Positions 12,184 to 24,316 of a DNA stretch of 64,000 bases are shown piece after piece; position 1 is the stretch's first letter, and each line of letters opens with the position of its first letter. The DNA is from Vitrella brassicaformis CCMP3155 (Eukaryota; Protista; Chromerida): assembly GCA_001179505.1 (NCBI GenBank), contig CDMY01000419.1, positions 1 to 64,000 of the forward strand, read 5' to 3'. The notes beneath the pieces are model-generated. The model did not search any database and was not told the origin of the DNA. It was given only the letters and a program-made list of their open reading frames with translations. The position numbers were made by a program, and so were the translations under genes.

Positions 12184-13851
12184 TCAGAGGTCGTTGTCAC
12201 TGCAGCGTGGCTTGCCAGCGGTTGCTGCGGGATGGTACGTGCAGAAGTGCTGGTCCACCGAGGAATACAGCTGGCAATCGCCGCTTGGCAGATGGTTGAA
12301 CCACACGCAGCCATGCGTTGACTTGCAGCTGACACAAACAGCCAGACAGACAGACAAGACACAATGGTGCGGGGTTCCGTTGTGTGTAGTTGGATGCTTA
12401 CATGTTCTGGCATTGGTCTGCGCTGTCCACTTGCCGTCTGCTGTGCATCTGGCGTCCGGGGCACTTTTTGTTGAGCACATGGCAGCTGCGCCGGCACATG
12501 ACGAAGGAGCTGCACTGCACAAACGACGTGCTACACACGGTGAAGTACTCGGGGGCATCATACAACATACACTGCAGCCACACACACACAGCATCACAGA
12601 CACACAAAGCCAAAGACTCGTAGGGTCACTCTGTCTTTCCCCCTCCCTCCCTCCCAGGTTCACCTGAGGGGGCTGTGCGTCGCCATAAGGTGGGTCATAG
12701 ACTCTCAGCTCGAAGGCCTTGCACCGCTGGTCGTCGTGGCATGCAGCCTGGCACTGGTAGTACCCCTGGCTGCCGTACTCGCCGGCCCCCGACACCTGGA
12801 ACTCCACCAGCGTCGTGTCGGCCACCAGGCCGAAGTCAAGCACCGACCAGATGCCCCTCGCGGCCTCGCGGGCACCGGGGAAAGACGGAGAGCAGAACTT
12901 GTTCACGGGGAAGGGGGGAGCTGGCACACAACACAAGATATGCCAGACAGAGAATCAGACAGAAGGACAGACAGACAGACCGACAGACAGATGCAATCTA
13001 CACGCACACCCAGCCAGACGTACCAGTGTTTTGTCTGGTGCATTGGCTTGGTTTAGGTCCCGACACCTTGTCCTTGCAGCAGCCCCTCTCCCCCTGACGC
13101 CGCGCGCCCCTCGGTGCGTCCTTTCCCTTGAGCGAGCACCCCCACTCAGGCCCATAGCTCCAGTGGAAACAGCCGCTGGTGCTTTCGCACTCCTTGGAGC
13201 ATGCCTCCGCTGACTGGATGTGAGGCAGGTCGTGGAAGCCGTTCTTGCGGGGGAGATCGTGACCGAGATAGTCAATGCCCCACCGCCAACACGCAGCTGC
13301 ACATAGACAGACAGGCAGACAGACAGGCAGACAGACAGGCAGACAGACAGATGCCGACAATGGCACACGTGTGTCTGTCTGTTGAGGGTGTGTGCTGATT
13401 ATGTGCTCACCCCCTTGAGCGCAGTTGTAGCTGTCGTGTGTGCCTGACACCATGGCGGCCTTCCTGAGGGGGTAGTCCCTCAGCTGCAGGTCCCAGCCCA
13501 TCAGCACACAGCCAGTCTCGGGACTCCACGCCCACCGGGAGGCGCCGGGCGTCTCACGGGCAGCCATGCTGATCAATACGACAGGCAGATGCAGCCACAC
13601 ACCCGTTCGTCCACTCTACGCGTGTCTGTGTGTGTGTGTGTGTATGATTACCTGCATAGGCTTGGACTGGTGGCCTGTTTTGCCAGAGGGGCGTGCAGCT
13701 CGTCTCCCTCGAACTGCCGCACTCCCCACTCCCAGCAGCTGGACAGCTGCAGACGCCGACTCTTGTGGCCAATATCTGCCTGCCTTCGCAGCACCACCTG
13801 GGCATCAGCAGCAGCCACCAACAGCACCAGGGCCGCCAGAAAGGTCAGCAT
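12184..13851 (-). CDS. Secreted PAN/apple-domain protein (3-4 domains)
   Basis: Signal peptide MLTFLAALVLLVAAADA; apple motifs CWRWGIDYLGHDL...QSAEACSKECESTSGCFHWSY...GCSLK, YQCQAACHDDQRCKAFEL...CMLY, VDSADQCQNMCKSTHGCVWFNHLPSGDCQLY; GT-AG exons. No C-terminal TM segment. Confidence 0.85.
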
Positions 13852-14378
13852 CAGCAGACAAGTGATTGTGGAGGGACAGATAGGGGCTGGACGGAAAGGG
13901 GTGAGATCAGGTCAGTCAAGGCTCTGCTATACAAACAGTACACTACAGTCACAGATATTCAAACAGATCTAGGATGACCTTCGTCCGTAACAGACAAGAG
14001 AGAGACCTTCTCTCAAAAACAACTCGACGACTGCCGGTGGCTGTGGTCCGCTGCTTCCTCGGCGGCCGCTGCTAACCGACTGTCATTTTCTGACGCACGT
14101 CAAATCCGAGCTTGTCGCGACGTCGAGATTCGGCTCGCAAAAGGGCTCCGTACAGCTCGCACTTTGTAGACAAACCTGACGAAGAGAGTGTGAACAATGG
14201 CAGCAAAAGGAGATGAACGGCCTCCCGGCGTCGTCCAGGTCGTCCCTTTCCTGACGGCAGAAGAAGCGCCGCAGTAGACAAAGTCGTCTCTCAAGAGGCA
14301 GCGGAGTCGGTCAATCAGCCTCTCCAGACTCCCCCCTCCCTCCCCCCTCCCCCCTCTGTGCGTCCCTCTGGTAGCGCG

Positions 14379-16811
14379 ATGGATCCGTCGAGCGACTGTA
14401 TGATCCCGCCGCGCCTGCCGTGGGTTCACCAGCACGTGCAGATGGCCCCGCCGATATTCCTGGTGTTTTGGGGCTTCAGCACGGCGGTCACGCTGGTCGT
14501 GACGGTGGCCACGGTGCGATCGGTCTGGCGGCACTTCCTCGCCGGGGACAAGCTGCGGCAGCTCAAGGGGCTGGTGTTCATTCCCACCCATGCCAGGCTG
14601 CATATGCAGATTCTCGTGCTCTTCCCCATTCTCTCGATAACCTCCTGGTCGGTGCAGGCCTTTCCACCACACATACACACATACAGAGTGATATATGCGT
14701 GTGTGTGTGCGTGTGTTGTGCGTGAATGGTTGTCTGTCTGTCTTGTCTGTCAGGTTATCGCTGTTGATAATCCGTCAGGCGCTTTTATTGGAGCTGCTGG
14801 CGTACCTGTACAACATGGCGTGTCTCTTCTGGTTTTTTGAGCTGCTCGTGGAGCTCATGGGCGGCCCGGAGAGGGCGCTGGACCTGCTGCGCAAGGAGCC
14901 GCCTTTCAGGATCTACCAAGTGCCCCCGCTCATGTGCTGGAACGTGTTCGCCAGAAAACGGTTGGTCTGGAAAAATTAATTGTCAATCACCCAACCAACC
15001 ACAATGACCGACCGCTGGCTGTGTGTCTCTCTGTGTCTGTGCTTAAGGCATTTTGACCTGACGGACTTCCGCGTGACACGTTTCCTGCTGTGTCAGTACG
15101 CCATAGTGGGCCCGTTCATAGCGGTGACGGACGCGCTGAACGAGAGCTACTTTGACATCCTCCACTACGTCAGGATCCTGGTGACCCTCTTCTGCATGTG
15201 GGGCCTGGTGATGGTCTTCAAGGCGTCCAAGAGCTTGCTCAAGGAGTATCGGACACTGCAGAAATATGTCGTCATACAGGTGGGTGTGTGGGACACGAGT
15301 GTTGTCTTGAGATCTCACTGTGCACGTGATGTGTGTGGTGGTGCAGGTGACGGTGTTTCTGGTGAACTTCACGTCGATAATCCTTCGCCACCTCATACCG
15401 GGACACAACCGCGTCTACGACCAGGTAGGGTAGGCACACGCGCACGCAACACACGTAGGTGTCCTTCCTTGTCCATCCATCCATCCGGCTATTGATTGGT
15501 CCATCCATTGGTTCATTGGTATGTCAGTCTGTGATGAGCGAGGCGTGGGTGCATTTTATCTTCTCGGTGTCGATGCTGCCCCTCACTCTCATCGCCATCA
15601 ACGCATACCGAGTCGAGGACCTCTGGCTGCGCGAGAAGAGAGTACATGGGTGCGCACACACACACACAGCCAGCGCCCATTTTCTCTTGGCATTTCGATG
15701 CATCCATCCGTGTGTTGTCAGGCTGGATTGGCTGCAGACAGATGCGGACGGCGGGTCGCCTCCCTTGCCCGACGACGACATGTTCGCCAGAGAGGCGTTC
15801 CCCGGAGAGGAGGGCAAAGACAGCAGCAACAGGAACAACAATACCACCAGCTGTCCTGACGAGGTCTTCTCAGACACCGATTACGACGACAGACAGCCGC
15901 CTGCAGATGTGGTCAGTGAGAACCCATAAGATGCCATCCATCCATCCATCTGTGTGTGTGTGTGTGTGTGTGTGTTGTGTGTGTCTGACAGAGGAGCAAT
16001 GGGGCGATGGAGACGGTGTACGCCCCGAGCAACTACGGCGACGACCGTGCAGACTTCTTGAGCCCGTCGATCTCGCCCGTTTCCCGCAACACCACCACAC
16101 CCCGCGTCAATCATCACAAGGAGAGAGAGCCCATCTTCCTCCCTGGCGCAAGCCACACCACCAATGCCGACGACACTGAAGTACGCAAATGGGAAATGAC
16201 AACGCCCGGAATGTGTCTGTATCTGTCTGGATGGATGGGTGTGGGTGCAGGGGTGTTCTGATTGTGGAGGTCAGGAGGACAGCAGCAGCCCCGCCAGCGG
16301 AGCGACCATCTCGCCAAAACGGATTCGCCATCGACCACACAGAGACCACCACACACACACACACCCCCGCACCACCCATCCCCAGCCCCCCCAGGCACAC
16401 AGCCAGCACGGCGGCCACGACCATGACACCTCCCCCTTGAACGATGCCGCCGCCAGCAGCCATTCCTCCGGGCCTCCCAGGGCCGCCACCTCATGTATGG
16501 GAGCGGGTGATGAAGGCCCACATGTGCACGGGCATCATCACCACCATTTATCGGGAGTGGTGCCCTCCCTCCGCCGAATCCTGACGGCGCCTGAGAGGGA
16601 GAGCGACCCCCATCCCCACCACCACCCCCACCTTCACCACACCTGTGTGCAGCCCCACTCCCACCCCCCATTAGCTTACCAGCATCTCGGCCAGGGGGAG
16701 TCGCCCCGCAACGACGGTAGCAGTGACATGGTCTGTGTGGGCATACCACGACGGACATTGGGTGATGGTGACGGTGATGGCGAGGGTAGGGGAGGGGAGG
16801 GGGAGGTCTAG
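14379..16811 (+). CDS. Organic solute transporter alpha / TMEM184-like (Solute_trans_a) 7-TM protein with long His-rich C-tail
   Basis: Spliced sequence ILVLFPILSITSW|LSLLIIRQALLLELLAYLYNMACLFWFFELLVELMGG...PPLMCW...CQYAIVGPF...LFCMWGLVMVFKASKSLLKEYRTLQKYVVIQ matches the OST-alpha pattern (P+.S..S, Y....++.F..L+..++GG, P...C, Q+.++.P, K+..++). Confidence 0.8.
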
Positions 16812-17605
16812 CGCACAGAGAGGAGGCGTGTGGGGGGTCTTGTGCGAGTGTGTGTGTGTGTGTGTTCGCTTTTTTGATGGACCATGCATGAATGACCGTC
16901 ATCATAGCAGTGTCTCTCTCTCGGTTTGATGGCACGGTGGTGTCCGTGGCGTCCGTGGCGTGTTTATGCGTTGGCGAGGGACACAGATGAATGAGGGTTT
17001 TGCTCGATTATTTCCTCCTCCTTCTCCTCCTATCTATCTACTATATGCCTGTCTGTGTATCTTGATTGATGATGGGATAGGATAGCTCCTGCTCTTGCTG
17101 CTGCTGTCCACTTTGTCATGTCCATATGTGTGCGCTGCGCCTGTGTGTGTGTTGGTTTGGCTTTGTTGATCGATCCAATGGGATGCCCAAAAACAGAAGT
17201 AATGAATCTGCGTAGCGTAGCCGGTGTAGCTGGCAGTGTCTGTGTTGGGCGACTGTGTGGGTGGGAGGGTGATGCGTGTACAGATAGCAGATATCATTTG
17301 TACCTGTCTGATGGACTGACTCGTCAGGTGCGGTGCCATGTCATGTCATGTGTGCAGATTCCTTCACTCTCTCATCCGCTCGGTCAACCGACATGTACTT
17401 CACGTGATGGCATCTTTGGACAGTTCGTCCGGCTCCACATCACATGACATCACATCACATCGCATCACACCGCATCACACAGCCAAAACTCCCTCCCTCT
17501 GTCTGGGATATCTTACACACACATACACGCACCTCTCTCTCTCTCTCTCTCGTGTGTGGGTGTGGTCTATCCACCCACTCTTCCTTCCAGCCATCCATCC
17601 TTCAG

Positions 17606-20600
17606 TCAGTGTGTCCTGATCCCCACCGCCCCCTTGAAAGCGCTGTCCATGACCTCTGACAACGTCGGATGCGTGTGCACCTGAGCAATCAACGACACAC
17701 CCACCACAACACAACACAACACACCACACGATAAGCTGTAGCCTTCCTTAAGCTTCTCTCTCATGATATGGTGTCGGTGTCGGTGACCGCACTGACTGAC
17801 CATGTAAGAGAGCTCGCGGACGGTTTGTCCAGCCGCCACGGCGTTGGCGCACTCCTGGATGAGGTCGCTGGCGTGCAGACCGATGACGTGCACACCCAAA
17901 ATCTCCTCCGTGTCCTTCCGGAACAGCACCTTGGCGATCCCGTCGCCCTCACCCTCTGCCAGTGCCTTCGAGTTGGCCCTAAATGATCGCATGACGCTCG
18001 CCTCTTTCTTCTGTGTGTGTGCTCGTTCGTGTGCGGCGTGTGGGGGTTGCCTGACTGACCTGAAGTGTCCGGTGGATTTGCCGAGCTCGAACCCCTCAGC
18101 CTTGGCTTTGTCCTTGGCCTGGTCCTCATTCAACCCTTCACACACATACACACACACAATCAGGTGCGCACAATACACACGACCATCTGTCCGTCTGTCT
18201 GTCTGTCTGTCTGTGTTACTGTGTGTGGGCGGTTGTCTGACCGACGAATGCGATCTCCGGGTGTGTGAAGCATGCTGCCGGGACGGCATTGTGGTTGACG
18301 GCATGGGGGCGCCCAATGATGTTCTCGACCGCTGATATGCCTGAGTGCACCAGACAGACACATAATACGCCAAACCTCACACGTGTCGTGTCGGCGATTG
18401 CTTGGTGTGCCCTGCCTGGATCTGTAGTGCTGTGTGTGTATGTTTGCACCTTACCTTGTGCGGAAGCAGCGTGTGCGAGCATCATCTTGCCGTTTGCGTC
18501 GCCGATGCAGTACAGATTGGGCACCACCTCCACACCTACACACACATGGGGTGTGTCGTGTCCCCACACCACACCACACACCCAGACCAGACGATAGTTA
18601 GATACCTACGGGCAGTTGTCAACCTATCCACGTGTTGGTACCTTCTTTCTTGGTGAGCACCCGCATCCTTTCGTCCACCTGACACACACACATCGACACA
18701 CGCGTGGGATGCGATGTGATGGACGGCCTGGCCTGCAGATTCGAGTCAGTCACTTGCTGACCGGCACGAACCCCCTGTCCATCTCGACGCCGACGTTCTC
18801 GAGACCACACTCCTGGCCAGCCAACACACAACACAACACAGCAGACAGAGGGACGGAGGATGAGGCAGGTATGTACTTCCTTCCTGCCGTCTGTCTCAGA
18901 TAGATGTAGGCGTCGCGTACCTTGGTGTTGGGCACTCTGCCAGTCGCCACCAGGCAGGCATCGACCTCCAGGGTCTCAACCTAGAGTGAAGCGCACATAG
19001 AGCACAGTGCAGTGTCTCTATGGCCGGATGACAGTCACTCATTGGCTGTTTTGCTCCTTACGTGTTCCTTGGTGTTTGCGTCGATCATCTTGATGGTCAC
19101 CGGCTTCTCACCTGTGAGCGACAGACACCACAAGTAAGTGGACGGACGCGTGTGCCTTCACTTCACTATCATATGGCTGGCTGGCTGGATGGCTGCCTGG
19201 CATGTCAGCTTACCGGGGATGCCTGGGGTGACCTCCGACGCAAACACGCCCGTGCGGTAGTCGATGGACCGCGGACGGATCAGCAACCTATATATGTGCA
19301 GTGCACATCAATCACATGAAGGAAGTTTGTTGTGCGAACGTTGTTTGCCGATGAGCCGCTGGCTGGTCCAAGGCTTGCCTCTCCGCCAGCCTGGCGATTT
19401 CTGGGTCAAAGGTGGGCATAATGCGGTCCAGCGCCTCAATGAACGTCACCTCAGAGCCTGCCGGCAGCAAACACAGACGAACAAACAGATAGATAGATAG
19501 ATTTTGTGTGTAACCTGCCGCCCTGGCGACCCACCGAGAGCGGTGAATACGTCTGAGAACTCGAGACCGATATATCCGCTGCCCACGATGGCCAGCCACT
19601 CGGGCACGCTGTCGAGCCTGAGGCCACCGTCGCTCGTGAAGACAGTCTTCTCGTCCACCTCTATGCCCCGCGGCACAAAGGGCAGCGACCCTGGCGCCAG
19701 GATGATGTCCTTGGCGCGGACCACACGGCTCCCCGCCTGCACCTCATGTGGACCCTTCACAGAGCCCTTCTCGGGAATGACCTCCACACCGAGACCTGAT
19801 GGATGGCGGTGCAGATGAGTGAGATGCGTGGATGGATGGTGTTGGTGCCTTCCTTGTGTGTTGTGTTGGTGGGATACATGCATACCTGTGAGTGAGTTTT
19901 CGAGCCCTGACCGCACCTTGGCCGCCAGATTCTTAGCGTGGTCGGCGATCGCCTGCCTGAAAGGCAACCAATGAAATGAACCAATAGGGCACGAGAGAAA
20001 CAAAGTAACCCATTCGCTCGCTGATGGTGCTGATGGTGGGTGCTTGTTGTGTTGACACAAACAGACAGACCCACTCACTCGCTCAACTGACCTGTCGTAT
20101 TTGACGTTGTCTACGGTGACCCCCAGGGCCTTGAGGTGGTGCGCATTCCGCAGCTCACGCACACGACCGGATGCAGCCAACAGAGCCTTCGATGGCACAC
20201 AACCTGATATACAGACCTATGTGGTGTGCTCTGTCTGTCACTGATTGCAGTGAGTGCACTGGTTGGCCGTGTGGTGAGTGAGTGGATGTGTGGGCCTGCC
20301 TGGCTGCCTACCTCTGTTAACGCATGTGCCGCCCACATCCCCACCAGTCAGAATAGCGGTCTTCAGACCTTTGCCCACTGCAGTCAGTGCACACACACCA
20401 ACACACATCCAATCAAGAGCTCAGCGTCCTTCGTGCAAGCACTGATTGTGCGCACGTCCTCTGTCTGTGTGTGTACCTTACCGGCGTGCAGCGCTGCCCC
20501 GTGGCCCCCGACTCCACAGCCGATAATCACCAGGTCGTAGTCATAATTATCTCCCGCCATCCACAGCCCTCCCTGCAGCACACCACAAAACAGCCGCAAC

Positions 20601-20834
20601 TCATTCAGAAGACAGGAATGCGTCGGCAGCTGTGTGTTGCGCCTCAGTGCTCACCGCTGGCCGAACGCGAAAGACCATTGCCTGTTGTGGGTGTGCTTGT
20701 AATGATGATGGCCGCCTTGAAAGGAGAGATTGGCGTCTGATGAACGGAGCTGTCGACGAAAGATGGAAGCCCGCCACGGCACACAACCATGATCCCAGAA
20801 GGGCAGCCAACAGCAACACTGCTGAGCGACTCAT
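17606..20834 (-). CDS. lpdA: Plastid-targeted dihydrolipoamide dehydrogenase (E3 of plastid PDH), multi-exon
   Basis: [21 protein letters not shown] (FAD), GGTCVNR|GCVPSKALL redox disulfide, [15 protein letters not shown] (NAD), [28 protein letters not shown]; leader [22 protein letters not shown]|FHLSS followed by an R/S-rich transit peptide. Confidence 0.97.
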
Positions 20835-21092
20835 TGCGCGCCTTTGCCTCTGTAGAACTTCACCCATCTCGTTGTCCCGCAGCTGCTGGCGGAATGCCCC
20901 GCTCCTCTGACCACTGCGGCGATGCAGATCTGACGAAAGCTGCTCGAGCTACGGATGCGAGCTTGAAATGAGTCGTCAGCGAGAGAAGCGCATCACAACG
21001 GACTCTTCTACCCTTCTCAACTCGCTACTTTTCTTGCTGCATATCTTTTTCCAGCGTTTTTCGTTCAAGATCTGCCGCTCCCTCCGACCGAG

Positions 21093-23282
21093 ATGTTCGC
21101 CACCCTGATGATGCTCATCCTGGCGGCGCTGCTCGTCACCGAACGGTCCCTGGTGGCTGCTGCAGTGTGCTCTTGGCAGGTACGTACGTCCGTGGCTCAC
21201 GTCACACCACAAAAGTCGATGGAACTACAGTACACCCATTGTTTGGTCTGGTTGGTGATCGCGATGATGGGCACTCAATCACCTCCCATCGTACCAACCA
21301 GGGTGAGGGAGGGAGCTGCACTGTGGACTACCCGCGAGCCAAGGGCGACAGGCAGAGGTGCAAGTACCCTCTCGTGTGCGACGCACTGCCCGGCGCTGAG
21401 GCTGGTCAGTCAGTCAGAGACGTCCAGAGACAAACAAAACATGTTCGTGAGTGAGTATGGTTGCATGTGGCTGTCGCTGCTTGGTTGGTTGGTTGGTCAG
21501 GGAGGTGTGTGTTGCCCCACACGCGTAAGGTGGGGGAGTCCTGCACTGTCGGCGGGGTGCATGGCCTCTGTGACAGGCAGTCATACTGCGCCCCTGACGA
21601 TGGTACGTTAAATGACCGATCCACACACACCCACACACACCTCACCGCACACACCCACCCACCCACCTGGCTGGCTGGCTGGTGGTCCCTCAGGTGTCAT
21701 TCCCTCGATGCCTGAAGGGTCTCCTCAGCAAGTGGGCCCCCCACCACCTCCACCTCCCGCCCCCAAGAACGGCACGTGCGCGGCCAAGCAGGCCACAGGC
21801 TCGCCATGCGACCCCAGGGTGGGGGCGGCATGCGACACGGACAGGTGCCTGCCGCCCAGCTTCGCTTCGGCAGACCCCTCCACAGCCGTGTAAGCTAAGC
21901 TGCAACATAAGATAGAGATGTCCACAATGGGGATGTCCTCCACGGCTGTATGCCTTTGTGCCAGGTGTGTGGATCGGTTTGTCGGCTGGGGCGAGGCGTG
22001 CAACGAGTTGGACCGGCTGTGCAATGCGGCGTGCGGCACTTGTGTTGAGGGAGCATGCAAGCCGCACGAGTCAGGACTCGCCATGCCTGAGGTGCCACCA
22101 CCCCCACCACTGCCCACTGCCGGTGATGGTGGTGATGGTGCGGCCAACGGACCCCCTCCTCCACCACTGGGTCCTCTTGACAGTATGACGTGTGCCGACG
22201 TCTGTTGCCCTGAGGTGGGTGGGTGACACACACCACTGCACACGACAAAGTGACACCACAGGGCGCATGAGCATCCTTCTCTCCCTGTCTGTATGTCAGG
22301 GGACGTATTGCGTGACACCGCAGGACAGCGATTGTAGCAAGTCGAAGGCCTCTGGTGAGGAGTGCTCTGGCGAGAGCCCCGGCGAGTGCGAGGCCGGCAC
22401 CCAGTGCTACAGGGGCAAATGCACTGGTACGTACTAATGTGGATGGATCGGCGGCGTGCGATCCATCCATCTGTGGCATTCATTTGTGTGTTTGTGTTTG
22501 TGTTTGGCTGCCTGCGTGCCGTGCAGAGATCTTTGGTGTGGATGCGTCGGTGGCGGCCATTCCCATCTCGCCCACAGCTCCCATGGTGTGCCTGCCCTGG
22601 CAGCCCGCAGAGATCGACCAAAGACGTAAGTGACCCTCCCTCCCTCCCTCCCTCCCTCCCAACACACCCCCCACACACCAGTCAACATCCATCTGGTCGT
22701 TGTCTGTCTACTCTACGGGCAGGGGGGTCGGCGCGTTGCGCCAAGGTGCAGGGCCGGTCGTGCGAGTCCGATGAGGACTGCCCTGGCCTGGGCGTCGGGG
22801 GCTACTGCGACTGCGAGACAAACACCTGCCACATCGATCCTTTCCCTGACTGTCTGGCCGAGTTCCGCAAGTATTTCGTCAACGCAGGTGTGTCGCCGTA
22901 CGCCAACTTCGCTGACTACGAAGAGGAGTACCGAAACTGGTGAGCGCGTGGATTGGCAGCTGTCTGTGTGTAGGTGTTGGTGCAGCCGCGTGTGTCCTGT
23001 TTGTTTGTTTGTCTGTCTGTGTGCGTGCAGGCTGTGCTGCATGTCCAAGAATGGGTTTGGCGAGAAGGAGTACATCGACTGGGAGGCCGTTCGGGGGGCG
23101 CCGGCGGGGTCTCTCTTCACCAGCCAATTCACATGTGAGCCAGAAAGGGAGGGAGAATGGCTGGCAGCAAACAAAAGGCTGCATCTTGCTCGTCTGTGCT
23201 TGTCTGTCTGTCTGTCTGTATTATGTCAGGTGAGAGTCGAAGCCGAAGGCGCCTCGGAGGGAAGCCCCTGCTTCACTCCTGA
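21093..23282 (+). CDS. Secreted Cys-rich, poly-Pro-containing protein (EB/Dickkopf-like small Cys modules)
   Basis: Signal peptide MFATLMMLILAALLVTERSLVAA; repeated modules such as KVGESCTVGGVHGLCDRQSYC, VGWGEACNELDRLCNAACGTCVEGAC, SGEECSGESPGECEAGTQCYRGKC, QGRSCESDEDC; two PPPPP linkers; ~10 GT-AG exons. Confidence 0.7.
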
Positions 23283-23389
23283 TCGAAGCATGCAAGACAC
23301 GACACGCGATCGCATGTTTGTCTGTATGTCTGTATGTATCTGCCTCCTGCGGCCCTTCCCCTCTTTAGTCCACTCACCAGGCAGCAACC

Positions 23390-23416
23390 CATGCATGCAT
23401 GCATGCATGCATGCAT
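23390..23416. repeat. (ATGC)n palindromic tetranucleotide repeat
   Basis: catgcatgcatgcatgcatgcatgcat in the 3' flank of the Cys-rich gene. Confidence 0.85.
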
Positions 23417-24316
23417 TTCTGTCTGTCTGTTTGTCTGTGGGCGCTTTCTCTTTTTTGCCCCTCTCTCCCTCCCTCTCAGTGCATGTCGGTTGATTGATCC
23501 ATGCGCGGTGCGGTGTGTGGCGCGGTCATTTTGTGTGTCCTGTGGGTGGTTTTGAGTGCTGTGCTGAGGCGGGGCACCAATTAGAATGGTGTGCATCAAT
23601 CAAGGCACTTTTGTAAATCGACTTTTGTAGATAATGGTGCCAGAGAAGGCCGAGAAGTGGGTGGTGAATGTGTGGCGTGCGGCATGGATGGATGGGTGGA
23701 TAGATGGACACCCCATCATTAAATGTAGCAATGGCATGACTTCAAAACCTTCAAACCTTCACACCTACCTCACCAACAAGCAGCCTTCTCCCCCATCCCC
23801 TCACACACACGCTAACACAGACGACGAACGCCACACATGAATATGGAAAACAAAAATGATTCATGGACTGATCTGGTCCGGTTGGCTGCTCGTGGCACTT
23901 GACAGAGCCAGAGAGAGAGGGAGGGAGGGAGGGAGACACATACATGCGGGCCCCATCCATCCATTCATCCATCCATCCATCCAACGCACAGCATACATGA
24001 CAGACACATCCACCTGTTGGTGTGTTGCATCGCTTGTTGGTGGATGCAGGTCATTTGTCCACACATTTGTACTTTGGTGTACAAATGAGAGAGGAGACAT
24101 TCACGTCCTCTCGCCTCACATTTGTCACCCCTCAGGGTGTTGTAGGCAAAAAATATTCCAACGTCGGTTGAGCATCACACTTTAAGAGGAAGACTCAGAA
24201 ATAATTTGTCTTTCGTAAGGAGAAGAAGCAGGGGAAGAAGATAGCGAGTGTCGGATTTCTTCTATGCGCTCATTCATCTGCCACATTGCTGCACACATAG
24301 AACATCAGTGAGAGCA

